The notes beneath the pieces were generated by a model that was not told where the DNA came from, searched no databases, and saw only the letters and a list, made by a program, of their open reading frames with translations. This document shows, piece by piece, positions 38,047 to 47,038 of a stretch of 64,000 bases of DNA; the stretch's first letter is position 1, and each line of letters starts with the position of its first letter. A program made the translations under genes and the position numbers. Where the stretch lies: positions 1-64,000 of the forward strand of contig JBIOTN010000175.1 of NCBI GenBank assembly GCA_044866005.1, in the 5' to 3' direction. This DNA comes from Candidatus Rokuibacteriota bacterium. GTDB lineage: Bacteria > Methylomirabilota > Methylomirabilia > Rokubacteriales > DASRDR01.

Positions 38047-39522
38047 ATGCGCGCCGTGGCGTCGTTCTCCCGGGTCCGCCCCGAAGAAGCCCTGCTCGTC
38101 GGCCTCACCGCCCTCGCCCTGGTGGCCGGGCTCACGGTCGGCGCCGAGACGCCGCTCGCCTACCTCGTCCTGGCGGTCCCCGTCGTCGCCGGCCTGGCGA
38201 TGTGGCGGCCGGTCTACGGCCTCGCCCTCCTGCTCGGGGCGGTCCTCTTCTCCGAGCAGTACACGATCGAGACACTCGCGGGCGACATCAAGCCCTTCCT
38301 GCTCCAGAACCTGCCGATCTTCGAGAGCCTCGACCGCTTCACCCCGGTGCCGGTCAAGACGAACGTCGTCGAGCTCTGGCTCATCGGCCTGACCGTCATC
38401 TGGGCCGTCAAGGCGATCGCCGCCCACCGGTTCCAGCTCCGCCCCGTCCCGTGCACCGTCGCCTGGATGCTCGCCGGCATCACCCTCGCCGTCACGTTCG
38501 TGCGGGGGATGTCGAGCGGCGGCGACCTGAGCGCGGCGATCGTGGAGGTCCGAGCGCTCGGCTACCTGATCGGGCTCACCTGGCTCGTCCCGCAGATCGT
38601 CGAGCACCGGCGCGACGTCGGGCTGCTCGTCGGGGTGATGGTGATCGCGCTCGCCGCCAAAGCGGTACAGGGCCTCTACCGGTACTTCGTCATCCTCGGC
38701 ATGCACCTCGACCTGACCCAGACGTTTCTGGCGCACGAGGATCCCGTGATGTTCGTGCCGCTCTTCTACCTCATGATCGCGCTCTGGGGCGCGTCGACGG
38801 AGCTCCGGCTCCGGCGCCTGCTGCAGGTCAGCACGCCGATCATGTTCGCCGCGCTGGTGCTGACGCAGCGGCGCATCGCCTACATCACGCTCTGCCTGTG
38901 CGCGGTCTTCTTCGCCTTCATCCTCGCGCCGGCCGCCCGCCGGACGTTCCTGCGCGTGACCGTGCCGATCGCGCTCGCCGGGGCGGCTTACGCCGTGGCG
39001 TTCGCGGGCTCCTCCTCGCCGCTGGCGCAGCCCATCGACCGCGCGCTCACCCTCTTCGACCCGACGAACCGGTCGAACCTCTACCGGCTGATCGAGCTGG
39101 AGAACCTCCGCTACACGATCCAGCTCCACCCGTGGGGCATCGGCTTCGGTCAGCGGTACGAGATTCTCCGGTCGCTGCCCAAGCTCGATTGGGCGCTCTA
39201 CGAGTACATCCCGCACAACGAGATCCTGTGGATCTGGGTCAAGGCCGGCTGGATCGGCTTCATCCTCGTGATGTTCTTCTTCGCCCGCGTCGTGATCGAG
39301 GCGGTGTGGACCTACCGGCGGCTTCGCGATCCGCTCCTGTCCGCGGTGGCGGCCGTCGTCGGGATCGCCGTCGTGAACCAGCTCTTCGCCTCGTACTACG
39401 AGCTCCAGCTGACGTACGGGCGGAACATGATCTACCTCGGCACGCTGATCGGACTCCTCGGACCGATCCAGGCATGGGGCGGCCTGCGGCCGCCGCCGTC
39501 GCTCTGGCGCTGGCGTCTGTAA
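38047..39522 (+). CDS. O-antigen ligase/Wzy-family polymerase
   Basis: Multi-TM, LTQRR, R..E, P.GIGFG, HN...W...G.IG. Confidence 0.85.
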   Translation: MRAVASFSRVRPEEALLVGLTALALVAGLTVGAETPLAYLVLAVPVVAGLAMWRPVYGLALLLGAVLFSEQYTIETLAGDIKPFLLQNLPIFESLDRFTPVPVKTNVVELWLIGLTVIWAVKAIAAHRFQLRPVPCTVAWMLAGITLAVTFVRGMSSGGDLSAAIVEVRALGYLIGLTWLVPQIVEHRRDVGLLVGVMVIALAAKAVQGLYRYFVILGMHLDLTQTFLAHEDPVMFVPLFYLMIALWGASTELRLRRLLQVSTPIMFAALVLTQRRIAYITLCLCAVFFAFILAPAARRTFLRVTVPIALAGAAYAVAFAGSSSPLAQPIDRALTLFDPTNRSNLYRLIELENLRYTIQLHPWGIGFGQRYEILRSLPKLDWALYEYIPHNEILWIWVKAGWIGFILVMFFFARVVIEAVWTYRRLRDPLLSAVAAVVGIAVVNQLFASYYELQLTYGRNMIYLGTLIGLLGPIQAWGGLRPPPSLWRWRL

Positions 39523-39534
39523 AGGGGAAACAGG

Positions 39535-39948
39535 ATGAAGGGGGCCGGAGGGCGGCCGCCGGCGATCCTCGTCGCCGACGACGACGTGGCGATCACCGCG
39601 ACGTTCGAGAACATCCTCCGGAGCGAGGGGTACGACGTCGCCACGGCGAGCGACGGGCTGGAGGCGGTCGAGCTGGCGCGGGCGCGTCGGTTCGACCTGA
39701 TCCTGCTGGACCTCATCATGCCGCGCCAGGACGGCCTGGCCGCGCTCCGCGAGATCCGCGCCGTCGCGCCGGACAGCCGGGTGGTGATCCTCTCCGCCTA
39801 CATCGAGCCGGATCGGGAGGCGGAGGCCTATCGGCTCGGCGCCGTGGGCGTGCTCGCGAAGCCGCCCGACCTCAAGAAGCTGCTCCGGTTCATCGACGAG
39901 CTGACACGCGCCGAGCAGCCAGGCCCCAGCTCGGGAGCACCCCGATGA
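39535..39948 (+). CDS. Single-domain response regulator
   Basis: ILVADD, LLDLIMP..DG, KP. Confidence 0.93.
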   Translation: MKGAGGRPPAILVADDDVAITATFENILRSEGYDVATASDGLEAVELARARRFDLILLDLIMPRQDGLAALREIRAVAPDSRVVILSAYIEPDREAEAYRLGAVGVLAKPPDLKKLLRFIDELTRAEQPGPSSGAPR

Positions 39949-39964
39949 GCCTTCACGTCGGCCC

Positions 39965-41443
39965 ATGGACCCGCTGAGCAGCATCCTGCGCAACTCCTCC
40001 CTCCTCGCCGCGGCTCAGGCGGTGTCGAGCCTGATCGGGATGGCGCTGGTCGTACTGCTGCCGCGCTTCCTGGGCGACGCGGAGTTCGGCCGCCTCCACC
40101 TCGCGCTCTCGCTCACGGGGATGTTCAGCGTGGCCGTGCAGTTCGGCCTCACCAGCGTGGTGGCGCGGGCGGTGGCGCGTCAGCGGACGCTGGCGCGTCC
40201 CTACTTCCGGAGCGCGACGGCCCTGATCACGGCGCTGGGCGCGGTGACGTACGTGGTGCTCCTCGCCCTGGTCCGCATCCTGGGCTACCCCGTGCACATC
40301 CACGAGCTGGCCGCGATCCTCGGGATCGTGATGGTCGCCGACGCGCTGTCCGAGACGCTCAGCGCGCTCTTCCTGGCGCACGAGCGGATGCTCGTGCCGG
40401 CCGCGGCCCGGATCGTCGGCAACGCTTTCACGCTCGCCGTCGCCGTGCCGCTCCTCGCCCACGGCTACGGCGCGCGGGCCGTGGCCACGGTCATGGTGAC
40501 GGCGGCGGGGCTCCGGCTCATGATCCAGGCCGCCTCGCTCCGGCGCCTCGACGGCTTCCGGGGCACCGACGCGCCGCCGGCCGGATCCTGGCGCGAGCTC
40601 CTCGCGGCGGGCTTTCCGTTCCTCGTGTGGGAAGCCCTCGGGATCCTCTACTTCCGGATCGACGTCCTGATGCTCGGCCTGATGACCACCGACGCGACCG
40701 TCGGCTGGTACGGCGCGGCCTCCCGGCTCCTCGACGCGCTCGGGTTCGTCCCGCACATCCTGACGGTGGCGACCTTCCCGGTCGCGGCCCGTCTCTGGGT
40801 GACCGCCCCCGACGAGTTCCGCGCGATCGTGCGGAAGGCGCTCCAGCTCATGCTCGTCGTCACGGTCCCCGTGGCGGTCCTCCTCCTGACGCTCGCGCGG
40901 GACATCGTGGGGTTCCTCTTCACGCTGGAGTCGTTCGGGCCGTCGGTCCCCATCCTGAGAATCCACGCGCTGACGCTCGCGGTGCTCTTCATCAACTTCT
41001 TCCTGGTCGGGGTGCTCATGGCGATCGGCCGCGAGCGGGCCTGGATCGCGGTGGCCGGGCTGGCGTGCCTCCTGAACCCCGCCATGAACCTGGTGCTGAT
41101 CCCCCTGACCGACGCGCGGTTCGCCAACGGCGGCATCGGCGCGGCGATCGCCACGCTGCTCACCGAGCTGTTCGTCCTGGCCTGCGCCGTGGCGCTCTAT
41201 CCGGCCGGCACGCTGGGCCGCGCCTCGTGGCGGATCGCGGCGCAGGCGGCCGGGTCCGGCGCCCTCATGGGGGCGCTCGTCCTGGGGAGTCGCGCGCTGG
41301 ACCTCCCGTGGATGCTGGCCGCGGTCGTGGGCGGGCTCGGCTATCTCCTCGCGGTCGTCCGGCTCGGCATCGTGCCCGAGGCCGTCACCGGCCTCGTGCG
41401 ACGGGGCGCGGCGCGACGCTCCCCGGCGGAGCTGGTGTCGTGA
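39965..41443 (+). CDS. wzx: Polysaccharide flippase
   Basis: R.LG..EFG, YFRID..ML, VG.Y.AA, N..LIP, G..GAAIAT. Confidence 0.9.
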   Translation: MDPLSSILRNSSLLAAAQAVSSLIGMALVVLLPRFLGDAEFGRLHLALSLTGMFSVAVQFGLTSVVARAVARQRTLARPYFRSATALITALGAVTYVVLLALVRILGYPVHIHELAAILGIVMVADALSETLSALFLAHERMLVPAAARIVGNAFTLAVAVPLLAHGYGARAVATVMVTAAGLRLMIQAASLRRLDGFRGTDAPPAGSWRELLAAGFPFLVWEALGILYFRIDVLMLGLMTTDATVGWYGAASRLLDALGFVPHILTVATFPVAARLWVTAPDEFRAIVRKALQLMLVVTVPVAVLLLTLARDIVGFLFTLESFGPSVPILRIHALTLAVLFINFFLVGVLMAIGRERAWIAVAGLACLLNPAMNLVLIPLTDARFANGGIGAAIATLLTELFVLACAVALYPAGTLGRASWRIAAQAAGSGALMGALVLGSRALDLPWMLAAVVGGLGYLLAVVRLGIVPEAVTGLVRRGAARRSPAELVS

Positions 41444-41519
41444 GGGCCGCCGGCACCCCCGCGAGCGTGCCCGCCGCCCGGGACGGCCGGACAGGCGCCT
41501 CGCCGCCCCGGACCCGCCG

Positions 41520-42302
41520 GTGACGACGCCCGGCCGCGCCACGCTCGCTTCGTCCCCGGAGCGGAGCCGACGGCGAAAGGCCTCGCTCGGTCAACCGCCC
41601 GTCTTCATGTACCACGGCCTCACGCCCCGGACGGGCAGCCATCCGGGAAGCCTCGCCGTCTCGCGGTTCCGCGCCCAGCTCGCCGCGCTGCGGACGCTGG
41701 GCTACCGGTCGATCCGACCCGGCACGCTCGCCGCGGCCCTCCGCGGCGAGGCCCCGTTGCCCTCAGGCTCGGTCGTGCTCACCTTCGACGACGGCTACCT
41801 CGATACGCTCACCGAGGCGCTGCCGCTCCTCCTGGAGTTCGGCTTCACGGCGACCTGCTACGTGGTGGCGGGCGCCGTCGGCGGCGTCTGCCATTGGACC
41901 GACCCGGCGCCGCTCATGGGCTGGGACCACCTGCGGAGCTGGCTTGCCGCCGGCATGGAGATCGGGGCCCACTCGGTGAGCCACCGCGACCTCACCCGGC
42001 TCGACACCGCGGCGCTCCGGGAGGAGGTCGAGGGCGCGAAGGCGCGCCTGGAGGACCGGCTCGGGGAAGCGATCCCCACGTTCGCCTATCCTTTCAACCG
42101 TGTCGACCGCCGTGCCATGGCGGGAGTCGAGGCGGCCGGCTACGCGTCGGCCTGCGCCGGCGTGGAGGTCCGCCACTCGCCCTACGCGCTCTCCCGCGTG
42201 GACGTCGCCCACGACTCCTGGGCGTGGTTCGGGCTTCAGCTCCTCCCCGTCTACCACGAGCTTCACGGCGCCTACCGCGCCCTGGTCCCGCGGCGCCGCT
42301 GA
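41520..42302 (+). CDS. Polysaccharide deacetylase (CE4)
   Basis: MYH, LTFDDGY, EIGAHS.SH, FAYP. Confidence 0.92.
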   Translation: MTTPGRATLASSPERSRRRKASLGQPPVFMYHGLTPRTGSHPGSLAVSRFRAQLAALRTLGYRSIRPGTLAAALRGEAPLPSGSVVLTFDDGYLDTLTEALPLLLEFGFTATCYVVAGAVGGVCHWTDPAPLMGWDHLRSWLAAGMEIGAHSVSHRDLTRLDTAALREEVEGAKARLEDRLGEAIPTFAYPFNRVDRRAMAGVEAAGYASACAGVEVRHSPYALSRVDVAHDSWAWFGLQLLPVYHELHGAYRALVPRRR

Positions 42303-42490
42303 GCGCCATCGCGCCCCGCCGCGGCGGCCACCCCGGGCCCGCCGCAGGTCCTGTCGCCGCGTCGGGCCGCCGACCGCCCGGGCGCCGCCGCGGGTCCTGT
42401 CGCCGGCTCGCCCCGGTCCGGCCGGGCTCCGTCACCCGCGGCGGCGGGGGCCGGGTCGGGATCACCGCCACCGAACTGCGTTCCGCTCCG

Positions 42491-42557
42491 CGAGCGGCGG
42501 CTTGGCCGCCGCAACTCCAGGGGGAGGTTTCGGAGGGGCCGTCGAGGCCCCCTCCGA
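42491..42557 (+). repeat. Two-hairpin REP-like repeat, copy 2
   Basis: CGAGCGGCGGCTTGGCCGCCGC...TCGGAGGGG..CCCCTCCGA between convergent genes. Confidence 0.85.
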
Positions 42558-42558
42558 T

Positions 42559-44241
42559 TCAATTCGCCAGGAAGTAGGCGAGGACGTGGGCGAGCCCCGC
42601 GTTCCAGTAGATCGCGGGCTCGTTCACGCCGTAGAGGCGGTCGTTGTCCTGGTAGGCGCGCGCGGGGAAGGGCGCGCGCACACCCTCGTCTTTGTCGTTG
42701 GGACCGCCGACGAGGAGCCCCGGCAGCATGGCACGCGCCCGGTTGGTGAGGGACGGCTGATGGTAAGCGCGCCGCGGGGGATCGGCGCCGATGCCGGTGA
42801 CGAAGCTCTTGCCGAGCGCGTTCCGGCCGAACACGTAGTGGAGCTGGTCGAGCGCGGCGCGCTGGAAGGCGGGACGGCCGCTCTCGCGGAAGGCGGCCAG
42901 GAGCTGGACGGCGCGGCCGAGCACGAGGCCGTTCGAGCCCCAGTAGTAGTCCTTGACGCCGAGCGCGACCCGGTAGCCTCCCGGGCGCTCGATCGCCTGG
43001 AGCTCCCATCCCGAGCGCTCGATGAGCGCCGCCGCGAGGCGCGCGCGCCGCGCCGGGTCGAGGGCGCTGCCCGCCTCCAGCAGCGAGAGCATCGCCAGGT
43101 TGTGGACGTGCTTCCAGGACGCGGGGTAGTCGAAGGCGGGGAACTTCTCGAGGCTGGCGAGCACGGCGGTACCGTAGCGCGCGTTCCCCGTCGCCCGCCA
43201 GAGCTCGACCGCGGCCCAGAACCGGTCGTCGCGGTCGTCGTCGTCCGCGTACTCGCCGCTCTCCACGCCGGGGGGGTTCCGGAAGCCGCCGGGCGGGAAC
43301 AGGTCCGGATGGCGCTCGAGCCAGCCCCACGCGCCCTCGGCCGCCGCGACGAGGCGCGCCGCGTATGCCGGGTCCCGGGGCTGGTAGAGCCGCGCGGTCC
43401 GCGCCGCCGCGGCGGCGAGCGTCGCGGTCGCCACGGAGGAGACGCCGAAGAGGTAGCGCGGGTCCGGGTCCTCGTGAGGCGCCCGGTCGCCCGTCCAGCG
43501 GACCTGGGCCACCTTGTGGTGGACGGCCCCGTCAGCACGCTGCATCCGGAGCAGCCAGTCGAGCTCCCACCGCATCTCGTCGAGGAGGTCCGGGAAGCCG
43601 CCCGGCTCGGACCGGGCCGCGGCGGCCTTCGGCGGCGCCGAGAGCAGCTCGTGCGTGGCGGCCAGGTGCCAGAGCGTGATGCCGGCGGCCGGCACGTACT
43701 TGCCGTAGTCACCCGCGTCGTGCCAGCCGCCCGTCACGGCGCGTCGCTCTCCCGCCTGGCCCCAGACCATCGCGTCGGCGAGGTGGCAGGCCGGGTGGGC
43801 GAACGGCGACCCGTCGCGGATCGCCGTCCCGCAGCGCTGGTAGCCGAAGATCCGCAGCGCGGCGCGGAGCGGCTCGGCGTAGATCCGGGGCCCGATCCGG
43901 AAGGGCGGCGAGCTGGCCACCCCGGGCGCCGTCACGACGTACTCCCCGGGACTCGTGAGCGGGCCGAAGTCGAGCGCCGCGACGCGATCGCCCGAGGCGG
44001 GGTCGAGCGGCCCCGGCGGACCGGCCACCCCTTCGAAGACCGGGCGCTGGGTCGCGGCCTCCCGCACGACGAAGCTCCGCGGCGCGGCCGCCACGAAGGC
44101 CACCTTCGGATCGGCGGGCCGGTAGCCGACCTGGTCCACCCGGATCGCGGGGCCCTCGGCGCGGGGCGCCCGACCGCCGACGAGCGCGGCGGCGAGGGCG
44201 AGCGCGCCGAGGACGAGCCAGGCGGGGCGGCGGCGGCTCAC
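42559..44241 (-). CDS. Secreted glycoside hydrolase family 9 with N-terminal Ig-like (CelD_N) domain
   Basis: Signal peptide, IRVDQVGY.P...K, GGWHDAGDYGKY, NE.AIYWNA. Confidence 0.93.
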   Translation of the reverse strand: MSRRRPAWLVLGALALAAALVGGRAPRAEGPAIRVDQVGYRPADPKVAFVAAAPRSFVVREAATQRPVFEGVAGPPGPLDPASGDRVAALDFGPLTSPGEYVVTAPGVASSPPFRIGPRIYAEPLRAALRIFGYQRCGTAIRDGSPFAHPACHLADAMVWGQAGERRAVTGGWHDAGDYGKYVPAAGITLWHLAATHELLSAPPKAAAARSEPGGFPDLLDEMRWELDWLLRMQRADGAVHHKVAQVRWTGDRAPHEDPDPRYLFGVSSVATATLAAAAARTARLYQPRDPAYAARLVAAAEGAWGWLERHPDLFPPGGFRNPPGVESGEYADDDDRDDRFWAAVELWRATGNARYGTAVLASLEKFPAFDYPASWKHVHNLAMLSLLEAGSALDPARRARLAAALIERSGWELQAIERPGGYRVALGVKDYYWGSNGLVLGRAVQLLAAFRESGRPAFQRAALDQLHYVFGRNALGKSFVTGIGADPPRRAYHQPSLTNRARAMLPGLLVGGPNDKDEGVRAPFPARAYQDNDRLYGVNEPAIYWNAGLAHVLAYFLAN

Positions 44242-45482
44242 GCCGCGCCCTTCGTCCTGGGCACGGCGCGCGGCCAGACCTGGGTGGCGGCGCGCGTCCG
44301 GTGAAGCTCCTGGTAGAACGCGCTCAGACGCTCTCCGATCGCCTCCCACCGGTAGCGGCGCTCGACCAGCTCGCGCCCGCGGGCGCCGAGCCCGGCCCGC
44401 AGCGCCGGGTCGCGAAGGCAGCGCACGACCGCGCCGGCGAACTCCGCGGGTCGGTCGGCGACGAGCACATCCGAGCCGGGGGTGAGCTCGATCCCCTCGC
44501 AGCCGAGGGACGTCGTGACGACCGCGCACCCGGCGGCCAGGGCCTCGAGGATCTTGAGCCGCGTCCCGCCGCCCACGCGGAGCGGCACCACGAAGACCGC
44601 CGCCTGGCGCATCCACGGGCGCACGTCCGCGACCGTCCCGGTGACGAGGACGCCGTCGCCCTGGAGCCTGCGCACCCGGTCCGGCGGGTCCTTGCCGACC
44701 ACCGCGAACGTCGCCTCGGGCACGGCGGCCCGGATGCGGGGCAGGATGTCCGCGCAGAAATGGAGCACGGCGTCACTGTTCGGCTGATAGTCGATGGCCC
44801 CGGTGAAGACGATGCGCGCGGGATCCTCGGCGTCGCCGGTGGCGCGGGGCACGAAGTAGGCCGTGTCCACGCCGTTCGGGACCACGCGGATGGGGATCCC
44901 GGGCACATCATGCGCGAGCGCCGCGCGGTCGACATCCGACGTGGTGAGGATCGCGTCCACCCGGCGGCAGGCGCCGAGCTCGTCGCGCCGGAGCTTCCGG
45001 CTCTGGACGCGGTTGTAGAGGCGACGGAGCGGCCCGCGCTCCTGTCGCCACGTCCGCTCGAGCAGCCGGTATTCGACGTTGTGCTCGTCGAGCACCGTGA
45101 GGACGGTGTCCGGCCGGCGGTAGTAGCCGGCCATGTCGCCGAACTCGAGCTGGACCACGTCGAACCGGTGGCGCGCGAGCAGCGCGGTCAGCGTCGCGGC
45201 CATCTGCGGCGAGTAGTTGGCGTGGTAGGCGTAGGCGCGTCCCACGAGCGATCTCAGCTGATGGAGCCGCTTCCACCGGGCCCCCGCCGGATAGTCCACG
45301 GTGTGGACGGCGATGCCCATCTCCCGGAGCGGGCCGAGGCTGGCGCGTTCCTCGGACGAGGCGAAGCAGAGGAGCGTGACCCGGTGCGCGGCGGCGAGGA
45401 CGCGGACGAGGTGGAAGATGCGGGCGGCGCCCCCGAACCGAGGCGGGTAGGGCGGGTATGGCGCGAGGACCAGGATCTCCAC
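44238..45482 (-). CDS. GT4 glycosyltransferase
   Basis: PYPP..GG..R, DEHNVE, VPNGVD, G.RLKILEA.A.G, G.EG. Confidence 0.93.
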   Translation of the reverse strand: MEILVLAPYPPYPPRFGGAARIFHLVRVLAAAHRVTLLCFASSEERASLGPLREMGIAVHTVDYPAGARWKRLHQLRSLVGRAYAYHANYSPQMAATLTALLARHRFDVVQLEFGDMAGYYRRPDTVLTVLDEHNVEYRLLERTWRQERGPLRRLYNRVQSRKLRRDELGACRRVDAILTTSDVDRAALAHDVPGIPIRVVPNGVDTAYFVPRATGDAEDPARIVFTGAIDYQPNSDAVLHFCADILPRIRAAVPEATFAVVGKDPPDRVRRLQGDGVLVTGTVADVRPWMRQAAVFVVPLRVGGGTRLKILEALAAGCAVVTTSLGCEGIELTPGSDVLVADRPAEFAGAVVRCLRDPALRAGLGARGRELVERRYRWEAIGERLSAFYQELHRTRAATQVWPRAVPRTKGAA

Positions 45483-45487
45483 GGGGC

Positions 45488-45679
45488 TCAGCGCGAGCCC
45501 ATGAGGAGGCTGCGCAGCTGGTCGAACGGACCTCCCGAGGTGCCGTGCCAGCTCAGGAACTCGCCGGCGACGGCGGCCCCGATGAGGAAGATCAGGAGGA
45601 GCTGGACCACGGGCGTGATGCGGCGGACGACCTTCCCGATCACCAGCGCCGCGGCGAGGATCACCAGAAGCGCGGTCAT
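45488..45679 (-). CDS. Small two-TM membrane protein (63 aa)
   Basis: Hydrophobic; fills the gap between a sigma54 promoter and the GT4. Confidence 0.65.
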   Translation of the reverse strand: MTALLVILAAALVIGKVVRRITPVVQLLLIFLIGAAVAGEFLSWHGTSGGPFDQLRSLLMGSR

Positions 45680-45692
45680 GCCCCGGGACAGA

Positions 45693-45707
45693 GCAATTGT
45701 CTTGCCA
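45693..45707 (-). promoter_or_regulatory. sigma54 promoter TGGCAA-GACAA-TTGC
   Basis: Near-consensus -24/-12. Confidence 0.8.
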
Positions 45708-45817
45708 GGGCCCCGGGCCCCGCGGCGACGGGACGGCCGTCCGACCCCCGCGGGAAGGCGTGGGCGCCCCGGACCCGGCCGCGCCCGCCTCGCCCCGACC
45801 TGGGCGCCCGCCGGATG

Positions 45818-45846
45818 AAATAGTTGCCGGGGCTCGGGAAAAAGTT
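45818..45846. promoter_or_regulatory. Degenerate enhancer-like site AAATAGTTGC-N10-GAAAAAGTT
   Basis: One perfect half-site, between divergent sigma54 promoters. Confidence 0.45.
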
Positions 45847-45914
45847 GGCCCGGGCGGACCGTCCACGGCTCGTCGCTCCCCCGACCGGTACGCCGTGACG
45901 CCGTGTTTCTCTCA

Positions 45915-45929
45915 TGGTATCCCGTTTGC
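45915..45929 (+). promoter_or_regulatory. sigma54 promoter TGGTAT-CCCGT-TTGC
   Basis: Near-consensus -24/-12. Confidence 0.75.
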
Positions 45930-45944
45930 TGGAAGCCAGACAGG

Positions 45945-46994
45945 ATGATCGCGCTGACCGAGGGCGTACGCGGGTGTCTCGCCGAGGTCGGAGAGGCGCT
46001 CGACGATGGCCTGCTGCTCGTCGATCAGCAGGGTACGATCCACTTCTCCAACCGCACCGCTCGCAACCTCCTCGACCTCCCGGCCGACCGCTCGACGCTC
46101 GAGGCCGCGACCCAGTGGAAGAACGAGCTGATGGAGCTCCTGCGGCGACTGCCGACCGAGGGCGCGGCCACCGAGGTGCACCTCGGGAGCGCCGTCCCGC
46201 TCGTGCTCGAGGGCCACGCCGTGGAGGCCGACGGCGCCTTCTGGGGTGGCGTCTTCGTCGCCCGCTCCGCCGCCGGCCGCCGCCGCGACCTCGACTCGAA
46301 CCGCGCGGGCGAGTTCGCCCACGAGGTGAAGAACTCCCTCCACTCGCTGCTCCTCAACCTCTACATGCTGCGAAAGTGGGCCGCCTCCCTGGCCTTCGTG
46401 GAGACCCAGACCCTCGGGAAGTTCGACCTGCTCTCGAACGAGGTCCACCGCCTGAACAACCTCGCCGAAGACTTCCTCCCCGACGCGCGCACGATGCGCG
46501 TGCGCCGCGACACCGTGCGGCTTCCGCAGCTCCTCGCCGAGGTCATGGGCCTGGTGACCGCGGAGGCCCGCGACGCCTGCGTCGAGATCCGCTACCGGGT
46601 GCCCGGCGAGCTGCCGCCGCTCCAGGGCGACGCGCGGCTCCTCAAGGACGCCTTCCTGAACCTGCTGCTCAACCGGCTCCAGGTCATGCAGGGCGGCGAG
46701 CTCGAGATCCTCGCCGGACAGGGCGGGAAGCACGTCTTCGTGATGGTGAGCGACAACGGTCCCGCCATCCCGTTCGGGCTGCGGGACTCGCTCGTCGGCG
46801 AAGGGCTGCCCGGCCGCGCGGGCGCGAGCAGCCGCGGTCTCGGGATGACCGAGTGGGTGGTCCGTGGCCACGGCGGGAGCTGCGAGACGTTCAGCGCCGC
46901 CGGCCTGGGGACGACGTTCGTCCTGAAGCTCCCGCTCGCCGGGACGCCGCCCGGCGTCGCCGACGCCGACGTCGGCTTGATCCGAGAAGCCTGA
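45945..46994 (+). CDS. PAS-domain histidine kinase-like protein
   Basis: DGLLLVD..G.I.F.N..A PAS start, AHEVKNSL, N box, degenerate G boxes. Confidence 0.85.
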   Translation: MIALTEGVRGCLAEVGEALDDGLLLVDQQGTIHFSNRTARNLLDLPADRSTLEAATQWKNELMELLRRLPTEGAATEVHLGSAVPLVLEGHAVEADGAFWGGVFVARSAAGRRRDLDSNRAGEFAHEVKNSLHSLLLNLYMLRKWAASLAFVETQTLGKFDLLSNEVHRLNNLAEDFLPDARTMRVRRDTVRLPQLLAEVMGLVTAEARDACVEIRYRVPGELPPLQGDARLLKDAFLNLLLNRLQVMQGGELEILAGQGGKHVFVMVSDNGPAIPFGLRDSLVGEGLPGRAGASSRGLGMTEWVVRGHGGSCETFSAAGLGTTFVLKLPLAGTPPGVADADVGLIREA

Positions 46995-47038
46995 GGCGGC
47001 CCCGCCCCGGCGCGCGCGCCGGGGCGACGGCGACCGCG

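Noticed and set aside
25931..46994. PEP-CTERM/exosortase system
   Set aside because: Regulatory layout is similar, but no exosortase or PEP-CTERM tail is seen in the window
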